A stretch of DNA of 64,000 bases from an uncultured bacterium. Lineage in GTDB: Bacteria; Bacteroidota; Ignavibacteria; Kapaibacteriales; UBA4661. The number at the start of each line of letters is the position of its first letter. Positions within the stretch are counted from its first letter, which is position 1. Both the position numbers and the translations under genes were made by a program. The stretch spans positions 1 to 64,000 of the forward strand of contig CALCNX010000090.1 in NCBI GenBank assembly GCA_937899715.1, read 5' to 3'. Positions 30,005 through 40,028 of this stretch are shown here, in pieces. A model generated the notes under the pieces. It saw only the letters and a program-made list of their open reading frames with translations, was not told the DNA's origin and did not search any database.

Positions 30005-30788
30005 CTATCAATCCGACGATAAAATTACTAAACGTTGTAGTCCACATTATAAGTGGGCTACAACTACTTTGCAGTCTGTTGCAGCCGCTTTCTTTTGTTG
30101 TGTTTTTTTGGTTTCATGCGCTTCTCAGCCGACCGTCATTGCGACTGATGCCCTTCAGTCGGATGCACAAATGGATGTAGAAATTGCTCCGACCTTTATC
30201 GGATTTCGTCCGAAAAATACTGGTACAGAGATTCGTACCGGATACCTCTTTTACCCCGGCGGTTTGGTGGATGAACGCGCGTACGCTCCTCTATGCCGGG
30301 CTATTGCAGCACAAGGATTTTTCGTTGCAATCGTTCCTGTCCCCTTCAAGCTGGCGGTTTTTGACCCTTTTGTTGCTAATCCCGTCATCCGCGAAAATCG
30401 TTACATCCGTTCATGGGCTATCGGCGGACATTCGCTTGGTGGCGCGATGGCAGCGCGATTCGTCTATCAAGACTCAACCGCTTGCAAAGGTCTTATTTTG
30501 TACGCCGCATACCCGGATGCTTCCAATGATTTATCGAAGCGAGTAATACCAGTGCTTTCTATCTCCGGTAGTCTTGACGGCTTGGCAACTCCAGCAACGA
30601 TTGAGAATAACAAAAAATTCTTGCCTGCTCCGCCTCAAACGCGCTATGTCGTGCTAGAAGGCGCGAATCACGCACAATACGGCAATTACGGCAAACAAAA
30701 CCGTGATAACGACGCAACCATGAGCTATGAAGAGCAGCAACGACGCACCGCCGAAGAAACAGTGCGCTTTTTGAAAACACTCAAATAA
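29997..30788 (+). CDS. Alpha/beta hydrolase lipoprotein
   Basis: Lipobox …FLVSCAS; GGHSLGG nucleophile elbow; start uncertain (ATG 29997 overlapping upstream stop by 8 nt, or in-frame TTG at ~30069). Confidence 0.55.
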   Translation: MRNYQSDDKITKRCSPHYKWATTTLQSVAAAFFCCVFLVSCASQPTVIATDALQSDAQMDVEIAPTFIGFRPKNTGTEIRTGYLFYPGGLVDERAYAPLCRAIAAQGFFVAIVPVPFKLAVFDPFVANPVIRENRYIRSWAIGGHSLGGAMAARFVYQDSTACKGLILYAAYPDASNDLSKRVIPVLSISGSLDGLATPATIENNKKFLPAPPQTRYVVLEGANHAQYGNYGKQNRDNDATMSYEEQQRRTAEETVRFLKTLK

Positions 30789-30813
30789 TTTTCGCACCCC
30801 GAAAAAAGGCGCT

Positions 30814-32058
30814 ATGACACAAGACTATCTGGACAAAGTCAACACCACTGAAGCCTCTCCACGCTTTGGTATAATTTTTCTCGTTGTCCTGCTTGACATT
30901 ATTAGCTTTTCACTGCTTTTGCCTGTGCTGCCGTATTATGCTGCCACATTTGGTGCAACACCGACTCAAATTGGCTTTCTTACAGGGCTGTATGCTTTAT
31001 GTCAGTTTTTTGGTGCACCCATTATCGGTCGCCTCTCCGATAAAGTTGGCAGAAAACCAATGTTTCTCGTAGATATTGGCGGTAATTTCATTGGCTTTCT
31101 CGTGCTGGCAAGCGCTTCATCACTCTGGATGCTCTTTCTTGCACGCTTTATTGCGGGCTGCGTAGCGGCGAATATACCCGTAGCGCAAGCATATATCAGC
31201 GATGTTACAACAAAAGAGCAGCGTTCATCAGCGCTGGGGCTTATCGGTGCGGCATTCGGAGTGGGATTCACTATCGGTCCTGCGTTGGGTGGCATCTTGA
31301 GTAAAAATGGCTACGTTCTGCCGGCACTTCTTTCGGCAGGACTGTGCGTAGTCAACTTCCTTGTCATTGCGCTCTTTCTTCCTGAATCCTTACGCTTGGA
31401 ACAAAAAGGCATTGCAAACAAAAAACACGCCAACGAAGAACCTAAACCAATAAGCGCAGAGCCACTGTTTGATATTGCTTTGCTCCGCAGATTGTTTACG
31501 AGCCCGTACGCCGCGCCGTTGCTAATATTTTGGGCAGGATTCAGTTTTGCGTTTGCAATGTTTCAGCAAAACATAGCACTCTTCAATAAATACCATCTCA
31601 ACCTTACAGCCCGCGAAACAGGATATGTCTTTGCGTGGATTGGCATTCTGGTCTCGCTCATGCAAGGCGTTTTTCTGCGGATTCTGACGCGCACCTGGTC
31701 TGATGAATTGTTGCTCAAAATTTCCGCCCCTGTTATGGTGCTTTCGCTTGCTGTGTGGGCATTTACGCCCAATATCATAGTGCTCCTCATTGTGCTTGTT
31801 CCTTTGTCTTTTGCAGCCAGCACACTTATCACCGTCATCAATAGCCTTTTAACCAAAGCCTCGGCGCACGATGAAATTGGTGGCGCAATGGGTATCGCTG
31901 GAGCAATTGACAACAGCACCCGCTTTGGTACTGCTTTTGCAGGCGGTGTGCTCATTCAGCGTATCGGAACGTTTGCACCCGGCGCTGCGGCTGCAGTCAT
32001 TATGTTTACCATGCTTCTGTGGAGGAGTTTTACCGTATCAAGAAATCAAGAAGTTTAA
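30814..32058 (+). CDS. MFS transporter (drug:H+ antiporter-like)
   Basis: 12 predicted TMs; MFS motif A GRLSDKVGRKP. Confidence 0.7.
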   Translation: MTQDYLDKVNTTEASPRFGIIFLVVLLDIISFSLLLPVLPYYAATFGATPTQIGFLTGLYALCQFFGAPIIGRLSDKVGRKPMFLVDIGGNFIGFLVLASASSLWMLFLARFIAGCVAANIPVAQAYISDVTTKEQRSSALGLIGAAFGVGFTIGPALGGILSKNGYVLPALLSAGLCVVNFLVIALFLPESLRLEQKGIANKKHANEEPKPISAEPLFDIALLRRLFTSPYAAPLLIFWAGFSFAFAMFQQNIALFNKYHLNLTARETGYVFAWIGILVSLMQGVFLRILTRTWSDELLLKISAPVMVLSLAVWAFTPNIIVLLIVLVPLSFAASTLITVINSLLTKASAHDEIGGAMGIAGAIDNSTRFGTAFAGGVLIQRIGTFAPGAAAAVIMFTMLLWRSFTVSRNQEV

Positions 32059-32159
32059 ACAAACACTAAAGAACCTTAACTTAACCTAATATAATAAAAA
32101 GGCTCAAGCAACCCAGCCATAAGCATAAGCACAATCAATTAATACCTTATCATTTATTC

Positions 32160-33416
32160 ATGCAGAAAACCATGCAATCCCTACCCAAACATAGCATCTC
32201 TCAACATCTTTGGCGATATATTCTTTGCCTTACGCTTGCTTTTGCAAGCAGTACAGGCGGACTTTTTGCTCAAGGAGCCTTGTTGAACGAAGAGGAACTT
32301 GCAGGAAAAGAGACCTACGAATCTCTTGCCCGTGCTCTTTCGGAACCGGAAAAAGTCTATAAACTTGATCTGAGTAAAAATTATCTCAAAAAACTTCCGC
32401 CCAAATTTTTTGAGTTAAAAAACTTACAGGTCTTGATTTTGAGCGTGAATCCTCTCACAGAATTGCCGGAAAATATCAGCTCCCTTAAAAACCTCCAAGT
32501 ATTATCCCTTTCAACTGGCTTGCTCAAAAAAATACCGGCAAGTATCGGCAAGTTGGAAAACCTTGCGGCTCTATCTCTTGCCAAAAACCCTCTCACGGGC
32601 TTACCAAAGGAATTAGGCAATCTCAAAAACTTGCGGGTTCTTGATCTATCCGGCACACGCCTCAAAGGAGAAATGCCACAAATGCTCTGCAAGCTGGACA
32701 AACTCACGGGGCTTTCCCTCGCGGATAACGAAATCACAAAACTTCCCGCAGGGATTGGCAATCTCAAATACCTCGTACAACTCGACCTTTCGCGGAACCG
32801 ATTAAGCACACTCCCTGCGGAGTTCAAAGATTTGACCTACTTGGCGGATATTGACTTGGCGCTCAACAATATCAAAACATTCCCCGAAGCGCTTACAACA
32901 ATGGTCGGATTGAGACGCTTGGTCTTGGATGAAAATCCCATTCAGAAGTGGTCGCAAAATATGGGCGCACTCAAAAGCCTTCGCGTTATTTCAATAGCAA
33001 ATAGCAAATCTACGACCTTTCCGAAAGAATTATGCTTGCTAGACACACTGATTGTGCTGAGTGCCGCCAATAATCGTTTTACCGAATTGCCAAAAGAAAT
33101 TGGACACCTCAAGACACTGCGAACGCTTGATTTAGCATATAGCGAAATAGCAGTGCTGCCCGTTGAAATCGGCGAGCTAAAAGACTTGCGAACGCTCAAT
33201 CTCATGTTTAACCAGCTACAAGAACTCCCTAAAGAATTTTGCGAGCTGACTAACCTTACAACGTTGAACATTTCTAGCAACCGCCTCAGTTCGCTGCCGA
33301 AAGACATCATTAACCTGACAAAACTCACCGAAGCACGAATTGCGGGCGGCAATCGTATTCCGCAGGAAGAAATTGACCGTTTGAAGAAAGTAATACCGAC
33401 GGCATTTGTGGAGTAA
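32160..33416 (+). CDS. Secreted leucine-rich-repeat protein
   Basis: Signal peptide; ~15 tandem LxxLxxLxLxxNxLxxLPxxI repeats. Confidence 0.7.
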   Translation: MQKTMQSLPKHSISQHLWRYILCLTLAFASSTGGLFAQGALLNEEELAGKETYESLARALSEPEKVYKLDLSKNYLKKLPPKFFELKNLQVLILSVNPLTELPENISSLKNLQVLSLSTGLLKKIPASIGKLENLAALSLAKNPLTGLPKELGNLKNLRVLDLSGTRLKGEMPQMLCKLDKLTGLSLADNEITKLPAGIGNLKYLVQLDLSRNRLSTLPAEFKDLTYLADIDLALNNIKTFPEALTTMVGLRRLVLDENPIQKWSQNMGALKSLRVISIANSKSTTFPKELCLLDTLIVLSAANNRFTELPKEIGHLKTLRTLDLAYSEIAVLPVEIGELKDLRTLNLMFNQLQELPKEFCELTNLTTLNISSNRLSSLPKDIINLTKLTEARIAGGNRIPQEEIDRLKKVIPTAFVE

Positions 33417-33440
33417 AATTCCTTAACAGTGACGAAAAAC

Positions 33441-33474
33441 AAAGGGCTGACGGTAAAGTAACTGCCAGCCCTTT
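33441..33474. terminator. Candidate bidirectional terminator hairpin between convergent genes
   Basis: AAAGGGCTG…CAGCCCTTT 9-bp stem between LRR gene (+) and prolyl oligopeptidase (-). Confidence 0.45.
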
Positions 33475-33499
33475 ATCGTTTCTATAAATACCGAACCGC

Positions 33500-35629
33500 T
33501 TAAAACTTTGGCTTCATGCCCAAATTCCACATCGTGAAAGCGTACAAATCAGCCGACTCCTCAATTGCTTTTTTGGTGTTACTTGCACCGTGACCTGATT
33601 TCGTAGCGATACGAATCAGCACCGGGTTTTCGCCTTTGTGCTTCTCCTGCAAAGTCGCAGCAAATTTGAAACTATGCGCCGGCACGACGCGGTCGTCGTG
33701 GTCAGCAGTTGTCACTATCGTTGCGGGGTATTGAACTCCCGCCTTCAAGTTGTGAAGCGGCGAATAGCCAAGAATATACTTGAACTCTGCTTCACTGCTT
33801 TCCGACGAGCCGTAGTCCGCAATCCAGTTCCAGCCAATCGTAAACTTATGAAAGCGCAACATATCCATTACACCCACCGCCGGAAGCGCTACTTTGAAGA
33901 GTTCCGGGCGCTGACACATCACCGCTCCCACAAGCAGACCACCATTGGAGCCGCCTTGCATAGCGAGCTTTGCCGGAGAGGTATATTTTTCTTTCACAAG
34001 CCATTCGGCAGCACCGATGAAATCATCGAAAACGTTTTGTTTGTGGAGCTTCATGCCCTGTTCGTGCCATTTTTCACCATACTCACCGCCACCCCGCAAA
34101 TTTACTTGCACAAAGACTCCACCCTGCTCCAGCCAGCCGATACGCAAAGGGCTAAATCCGGGAAAAAGCGAAATGTTAAAGCCACCGTACCCATAGACCA
34201 GCGTTGGGTTTTGTCCGTTCAACGCCAAGCCTTTTTTGTGAACAATAAACATTGGTACTTTCGTGCCGTCTTTGCTGGTGAAAAAGACCTGCTTTGTTTC
34301 GTAATCTTCGGGCTTGAAGGAAACTTCGGAGGCACGGAAGAGATTTGATTTCTTCGTAGCAAGGTCGTAACGATAAATTGTCGGCGGAAAGGTAAAGGAT
34401 GTAAAGGTAAAAAACACTTCTTTGTCGTCTCGCTCACCGCCAAAACCTGAAACCGTGCCGATTGCGGGCAGTTGTACTTCATTTTCCAGCTTGCCCGTGA
34501 GGTCGTACACATACACGCGATGCGAAACATCTTTGGAATACGTGGCAAAAATTTTACCACCCGCCGTGCCAGCACTAATAAGCGGTTCGGGCTTTTCAGG
34601 TAAAATTTCTTTCCATGCGCTTTCGGCAGGATTTGCGGGATCAATAAGCACCACACGCTGATTCGGGGCTTTGTAATTGGTCTGCACAAGCAACTTATCG
34701 CCGACATTATCCAGCACCGAAAAATCATAATCAAACTCGCCGACAATGCGCGTGAAGTCTTTCTGCCCTTTTGCCAAGCTCCGCACATACAAGGCATTGC
34801 CGTCTTTGCCTTTGCCTCGGTCGGAAACTGATAATGCCAAGAAACTCTCGTCATCCGTTACGCCCACGGTATGAAAACGTTGGAGATTTTTGGTATCTTC
34901 AAAAATAAGCTCGTCTTTGCTTTGGTCGGTGCCGAGTTTATGATAAAAAACTTGGTGGTTCTCATTTTTTGCTGAAAGGAGTTTAGTTGAATCGGGAGGC
35001 GCGGGATAGCGGCTATAAAAGAAGCCATCTTTGTACCAGGAAATACCGGAAACTTTCACCCAACGCAGACGGTCACTCATTTTTTTGCGTGTCGCAATCT
35101 CCATCACGTTGATTTCAAGCCAATCCGAGCCGCCGGACGAAAGTCCATACGCCCAATACTTCACGTCGTTGGAAATGGCAGATGCTCCCAAGCGCACCGT
35201 TCCGTCCGCCGAAAGCGAATTGGGGTCGAAAAAGACTTCGGGCTTGCCTTCTATGCCCTTTTGGATATAGAGAACCGACTGATTCTGCAAACCATCGTTT
35301 TTCGAGAAGAAGTAGTATTCACCTTTGCGCGAGGGAGTGGAGTATTTTGGGTAATTGTAAATTTTCTCCAACCGTGCCTGTAAGTCCTTACGGTATGGAA
35401 TCTGTTCCAAATAGCCGAAAGTTACTTTATTTTCTGCTTCCACCCATTTTGCCGTCGCGCTTGATGTATCGTCTTCAAGCCATCGGTAAGGGTCATTCAC
35501 TTTCGTACCAAAGTAGGTGTCTGCGTGGTCAATCTTCAGTGTTTGCGGGTATTGGAGCGGTTTCTGCTGTGCTGTTGCCATAGCCGTTACGGTTATCAAA
35601 AGTGCAATGGTGAAAAAAATACGGTGCAT
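33500..35629 (-). CDS. Prolyl oligopeptidase (S9A family)
   Basis: Signal peptide, beta-propeller + C-terminal catalytic domain with GGSNGGLLVGAV (Ser nucleophile) and His/Asp; 709 aa. Confidence 0.8.
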   Translation of the reverse strand: MHRIFFTIALLITVTAMATAQQKPLQYPQTLKIDHADTYFGTKVNDPYRWLEDDTSSATAKWVEAENKVTFGYLEQIPYRKDLQARLEKIYNYPKYSTPSRKGEYYFFSKNDGLQNQSVLYIQKGIEGKPEVFFDPNSLSADGTVRLGASAISNDVKYWAYGLSSGGSDWLEINVMEIATRKKMSDRLRWVKVSGISWYKDGFFYSRYPAPPDSTKLLSAKNENHQVFYHKLGTDQSKDELIFEDTKNLQRFHTVGVTDDESFLALSVSDRGKGKDGNALYVRSLAKGQKDFTRIVGEFDYDFSVLDNVGDKLLVQTNYKAPNQRVVLIDPANPAESAWKEILPEKPEPLISAGTAGGKIFATYSKDVSHRVYVYDLTGKLENEVQLPAIGTVSGFGGERDDKEVFFTFTSFTFPPTIYRYDLATKKSNLFRASEVSFKPEDYETKQVFFTSKDGTKVPMFIVHKKGLALNGQNPTLVYGYGGFNISLFPGFSPLRIGWLEQGGVFVQVNLRGGGEYGEKWHEQGMKLHKQNVFDDFIGAAEWLVKEKYTSPAKLAMQGGSNGGLLVGAVMCQRPELFKVALPAVGVMDMLRFHKFTIGWNWIADYGSSESSEAEFKYILGYSPLHNLKAGVQYPATIVTTADHDDRVVPAHSFKFAATLQEKHKGENPVLIRIATKSGHGASNTKKAIEESADLYAFTMWNLGMKPKF

Positions 35630-35720
35630 AATGCTGTACTGGAAAAATGAGAAAATAGGGATTGTGTTCGCAAGGAATTGGAACAGAATATGGAGTTAAG
35701 GAAACTTTGTTTTCAACCCA

Positions 35721-36593
35721 TCACACCTCAAGAATTTCAAATACATTCGCACGAATAGTGCCGGAGATGGAATCAAGCGGAAGGTCGTTGGAATCAAGTC
35801 CGAAGGGTTCTTCAATTTCTTCGGCTATCATCTCCAGCCCCATAAGGATGTAACCCGCAAACATCTCCGCCGGAATGGTGTAGAGTTCATATTTTTCGAT
35901 GAGCAAAAACGGTAAGATGACTAAATAAACAAAGATGAACACCCGAATATACGTGCCATAGCTGGGCGGAATGGGAGTAAACTTTATGCGCTCACACACA
36001 CCCGTTGTATCCAGCAGCACGTCGTATTGGGGCTTCATATTGCGCATATCCTCGCCGCGAAAAATACCGCTCCGAAACAGCGTTTGCATCCGCTCAAAAA
36101 TTGCTTTGCCGATAGCGTTCGGAACGTGCTGCACCGATTGCAAGTGTTCTACGGATGCGGGGTCGAGGTCGGAAAGCTCTTCGGGAATGAAGGTATCGCG
36201 GAGGTGATTCTTGGTAGCAAACGTGTAGGCGCTGATGTGCTTGGCAAAGAAGGCGCGGTTATCCTTGTCAGCGCGAGGCAGCATGGCGTGGAGCATCGTT
36301 GCAAAAATGCGCGTGTGAATCACTAGGCTTCCCCACGCTTTGCGCCCTTCCCAAAAGCGGTCGTAAGCGGTATTCGTGCGGAAGACCAGAAGCAAACTGA
36401 GCATTGTGCCCATAAGCGACGCAAAGATGATGTCGCTCCGAAGCGGTATCCAATGGTATTTTGCTTCCACAATCAGCAAAACAAGCGTGTATAAGCCAAA
36501 CCACGCAATACGCTTCAGCAAAAGCGCCATTGTGCCGCGTGTGTGAAAATCCAACAACGTGCTGAAAAATTTGGGTGCGCGTTCGTCGCTCAT
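35721..36593 (-). CDS. Bestrophin-like / UPF0187 (YneE) family membrane protein, paralog A
   Basis: LFRTNTAYDRFWEGRKAWGSLV family signature; about 60% identical to paralog at 40029-40928. Confidence 0.65.
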   Translation of the reverse strand: MSDERAPKFFSTLLDFHTRGTMALLLKRIAWFGLYTLVLLIVEAKYHWIPLRSDIIFASLMGTMLSLLLVFRTNTAYDRFWEGRKAWGSLVIHTRIFATMLHAMLPRADKDNRAFFAKHISAYTFATKNHLRDTFIPEELSDLDPASVEHLQSVQHVPNAIGKAIFERMQTLFRSGIFRGEDMRNMKPQYDVLLDTTGVCERIKFTPIPPSYGTYIRVFIFVYLVILPFLLIEKYELYTIPAEMFAGYILMGLEMIAEEIEEPFGLDSNDLPLDSISGTIRANVFEILEV

Positions 36594-36841
36594 AACGGCT
36601 TTCCTAACGCTTGAGAGGATGAAAGAAAACAACAATAAATACAACCACTGCTTGCCTTGCGAATAGGCAGCGCCGAGCGAAATTAACCAATCCATGTGCA
36701 ATTCGCAAACGGAATCCCGAAAAAAGCCTGCGAGGAAAATTTATTTGCCCACCCCAAAGTTTTTCTTCATCTTTGCACCGTGCAAATGGCTCTCCATGCT
36801 GCATATTTCTACCATAGCTCCAAACAGTAGTGTAAAAGTAA

Positions 36842-37207
36842 ACTGATTTAATACTGCTAGCCGCAAAAGGTGGTGACGGACTGACGGCATCGCAGCCGAC
36901 ACCTCCGCAAGAAACGATAGCACAGCACAATAATCCTCAATACGAAAGTTCTCTTACGCTAGCAGCATATCCGAACCCCGCTTCTGACCGATGCACATTG
37001 GGCTTTACCTTGCCAACCGATGAATCTGTTCGTCTGACCATCTATGATATGCTCGGTAAACAGTTAGAAGTACCGCTCAACGAAAACCTTCGTGCAGGTG
37101 AGTATAACTTTGCCCTCTCTACACGCCACTTTGCTGCCGGAACTTACATTTGTCGTTTGGAAACCCCAACACAACGAGTTCATGTACGATTAACTATTGT
37201 CAAATAA
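36842..37207 (+). pseudogene. Orphan T9SS C-terminal sorting domain remnant (no start codon, no cargo domain)
   Basis: Open frame from TAA at 36839 encodes …LAAYPNPASDRCTLGFTLPTDESVRLTIYDMLGKQLEVPLNENLRAGEYNFALSTRHFAAGTYICRLETPTQRVHVRLTIVK, a canonical Por_Secre_tail, with no ATG/GTG upstream in frame. Confidence 0.6.
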
Positions 37208-37227
37208 TTTTTGCCCGAGAAATCATC

Positions 37228-38121
37228 ATGAAAAACCTCTCAAAATACATTATACTCGCTCTCTGTGGCACGATGCTGTTCGTTCAGTGCGATATACTGA
37301 ATCCGCCTATCACGTTTTCTACGACAAGCGGTAACGTCCTAGGGGTATTCCCAAACGGAACACTAAGCCCGCTTGATTCGGTGAAAATTGAGGTGGATGG
37401 CTCTGTCCGAGACATTTCTAAAGCCGATGGTACTTTTTCGGTAAGCGGTTTGACGGCAGGAAAATCCTACCGCTTCCGCTTGCTTGGACGGGGTGATTTG
37501 CTCTTGGATTCGACTATTACTATTCAAGCTAATGATGCCTCGCTACCGAAGGACAAGCAAACAGCAAAAGCACTCTCGTTGAAAGTTCGATTAACCGGAA
37601 AAGAGCTTGATGCTCGATTCTTTCGGTTTCCCCTTGCTGTTGGGAATCAATGGAATTATGAGGTAAACGAAATAAGGAAAACAATCTATAATGGTATGAC
37701 AGCTATTTCTTCCGATAGCTGGAAAGCTAGTATTACGATCTCAGGAAAATCATCCCAAAATCAAGATATTCTTTGGGCTGCTGATGTGACCGAAAATCAA
37801 TATCACTGGCAATACAATTTTAAGCAAACTGACACCCTCTTGTTTTTATGGAATTATGTTCCTCTTGTTTCAGCAGATAAATTATTTCAATATGGATTTA
37901 ATCCGCAAATTCCTATGTTTAAAGAACGGCGCATTATAGCTCCCAATGACACATTAAGCCAAATCGTTGCGGTTCATGCTCCTATGGGTAATGCTAGAGC
38001 AAAAATTGTTCATACTATCGGTATTGTGGAAATTTATGATGTTGAAGGCTTTCGTGCTAATGATGGCTATGCTGTTACTCGAGAGACTACTTATACCCTT
38101 AAATCCTATACGCTCAAGTAG
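37228..38121 (+). CDS. Putative lipoprotein, tandem paralog 1 (shared N-terminal module, divergent C-terminus)
   Basis: Signal/lipobox …LFVQC; residues ~20-145 identical to the next gene; C-terminal …TYTLKSYTLK. Confidence 0.55.
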   Translation: MKNLSKYIILALCGTMLFVQCDILNPPITFSTTSGNVLGVFPNGTLSPLDSVKIEVDGSVRDISKADGTFSVSGLTAGKSYRFRLLGRGDLLLDSTITIQANDASLPKDKQTAKALSLKVRLTGKELDARFFRFPLAVGNQWNYEVNEIRKTIYNGMTAISSDSWKASITISGKSSQNQDILWAADVTENQYHWQYNFKQTDTLLFLWNYVPLVSADKLFQYGFNPQIPMFKERRIIAPNDTLSQIVAVHAPMGNARAKIVHTIGIVEIYDVEGFRANDGYAVTRETTYTLKSYTLK

Positions 38122-38126
38122 AACAA

Positions 38127-39038
38127 ATGCTACAATCAAGGATAAAACTCTCACCTATTGCTTTCATATTCATCTGCACTGGCTTTTTGTTCGTTCAGTG
38201 CGATATACTGAATCCACCCATCACGTTTTCTACGACAAGCGGTAACGTCCTAGGGGTATTCCCAAACGGAACACTAAGCCCGCTTGATTCGGTGAAAATT
38301 GAGGTGGATGGCTCTGTCCGAGACATTTCTAAAGCCGATGGTACTTTTTCGGTAAGCGGTTTGACGGCAGGAAAATCCTACCGCTTCCGCTTGCTTGGAC
38401 GGGGTGATTTGCTCTTGGATTCGACTATTACTATTCAAGCTAATGATGCCTCGCTACCGAAGGACAAGCAAACAGCAAAAGCACTCTCGTTGAAAGTTCG
38501 ATTAACCGGAAAAGAGCTTGATGCTCGATTCTTTCGGTTTCCCCTTGCTGTTGGGAATCAATGGAATTATGAGGTAAGTCAAATTACCCATAATGCTTTC
38601 AATGGTAATAGTTATTACGATACCGCTCGTTGGAAGGCGAATATGTCCATCATTAAAGTTGAACAGGACGGTAAAGATACATTATGGCATTTCGCTGCTT
38701 TTGATAACAATAACCCAAATGTTCGCAATGTCATTTGCCGACAAACAGATTCTCTCCTTTATCTATGGAATACACCACCACGACCACAAGGATATGCGGT
38801 AACACTTTTATCCTTCAGCGATTATCTAAGTATTCGCTCACCCTTACCTCTTACAGAACTTTCCTCGGATACTTTAAAAATTATAATAGGCGGTCTTCTT
38901 CCTGGAAATAATACGAGCAAACTTCTTCACAAAGTTGGTCTCATCGAAATTTCTGACATTGAGGCTGCGCGTATGAACGGTGGAATTTCCTACTCGCGCC
39001 AAACTATCTATAAACTTACTTCCTATACCCTCAAGTAG
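38127..39038 (+). CDS. Putative lipoprotein, tandem paralog 2
   Basis: Shares a near-identical 390-nt 5' module (38188-38577 vs 37277-37666); diverged middle; similar C-terminal end …IYKLTSYTLK. Confidence 0.55.
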   Translation: MLQSRIKLSPIAFIFICTGFLFVQCDILNPPITFSTTSGNVLGVFPNGTLSPLDSVKIEVDGSVRDISKADGTFSVSGLTAGKSYRFRLLGRGDLLLDSTITIQANDASLPKDKQTAKALSLKVRLTGKELDARFFRFPLAVGNQWNYEVSQITHNAFNGNSYYDTARWKANMSIIKVEQDGKDTLWHFAAFDNNNPNVRNVICRQTDSLLYLWNTPPRPQGYAVTLLSFSDYLSIRSPLPLTELSSDTLKIIIGGLLPGNNTSKLLHKVGLIEISDIEAARMNGGISYSRQTIYKLTSYTLK

Positions 39039-39152
39039 GACAATAGCATTTTCCGTATATTTGTACATTACTACGATAGAGGTTGCATTGTAAGACGTTC
39101 TCTTCGTTTGTACTCCGCTACCTCGGATAGAAGCCGATATTTTCATCCATGA

Positions 39153-40010
39153 ATGCCCGCTATGAGACATCGTTATGTGAATCCCTTTACCGACTTTGGT
39201 TTCAAAAAGCTCTTTGGCGAGGAAGCTCATAAATCCCTCCTCATTGATTTTTTGAATGCTCTTTTGCCGTCAAAGCACCACGTCCGCAATCTTGAATACA
39301 CAAAAAACGAGGCAGCAGGTGAAACATCACTGGACAGAAGAGCCGTTTTTGATATTGCCTGCATGGGCGAAAACGGTGAGCGTTTTATTGTGGAACTCCA
39401 AAAAGCAAAACAGAATTTTTTCAAAGATCGCAGCGTGTTTTATGCAACCTTTCCCATCCGTGAACAAGCGGAACGGGGCGATAATTGGAACTTTGAACTC
39501 GCCGCAGTCTATTGTATCGGCATTTTGGATTTTGTATTTGATGAGGATAAAGACAAGGCAGACTATTTGCACTTTGTACAACTCAAAAATCAGCACAATG
39601 CCGTTTTTTATGATAAACTAGCGTTTGTCTATCTTGAAATGCCTAAATTTCTGAAGACCGAAACAGAGTTGGAAACGCAGACCGACAAGTGGCTATATTT
39701 TATCAAGCACCTGAGTGCCATAGAGGAAATTCCGCCGCCGCTTCGGGAGCAGGTGTTTGAGGAGGCTTTTCACGCAGCAGAGATAGCGAAGTTTACCCCT
39801 GCGCAGGCACAGGAATATGAAACATCGCTTAAATACTATCGTGATTTGCAAAATGTGATGGAAACAGCAATAGTGGAAGCGGAAGCACGAGGCGAAAGAA
39901 GAAACCAAGAGCAGACAGCCCGTCGGCTCTTGCAAATGGGGTTACCGATTGATGACATTACCAAAGCAACGGGCTTGAGTGCTGATGAAATCAAGCGATT
40001 GCAGCAATAA
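39153..40010 (+). CDS. Rpn-family recombination-promoting nuclease / PD-(D/E)XK 'putative transposase' (YhgA-like)
   Basis: N-terminal RYVNPFTDFGFKKLFG motif and C-terminal …LLQMGLPIDDITKATGLSADEI typical of the family. Confidence 0.6.
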   Translation: MPAMRHRYVNPFTDFGFKKLFGEEAHKSLLIDFLNALLPSKHHVRNLEYTKNEAAGETSLDRRAVFDIACMGENGERFIVELQKAKQNFFKDRSVFYATFPIREQAERGDNWNFELAAVYCIGILDFVFDEDKDKADYLHFVQLKNQHNAVFYDKLAFVYLEMPKFLKTETELETQTDKWLYFIKHLSAIEEIPPPLREQVFEEAFHAAEIAKFTPAQAQEYETSLKYYRDLQNVMETAIVEAEARGERRNQEQTARRLLQMGLPIDDITKATGLSADEIKRLQQ

Positions 40011-40028
40011 TTAGCAGCATTCCCATTC

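Noticed and set aside
36998-37207. 69-aa ORF with TTG start as an independent small protein
   Set aside because: The frame is open further upstream (from 36842) and the sequence is a T9SS C-terminal domain, which never occurs as a stand-alone protein. It is treated as a remnant.
37277-38577. CRISPR array or generic tandem repeat
   Set aside because: Only two copies, 390 bp long, both protein-coding with a 911-bp period. No short repeat-spacer structure anywhere in the window.
39153-40010. Rpn-family gene plus integrase as parts of one composite transposon or prophage
   Set aside because: They are 38 kb apart with ordinary chromosomal genes between them. No phage structural genes or flanking inverted repeats were seen.
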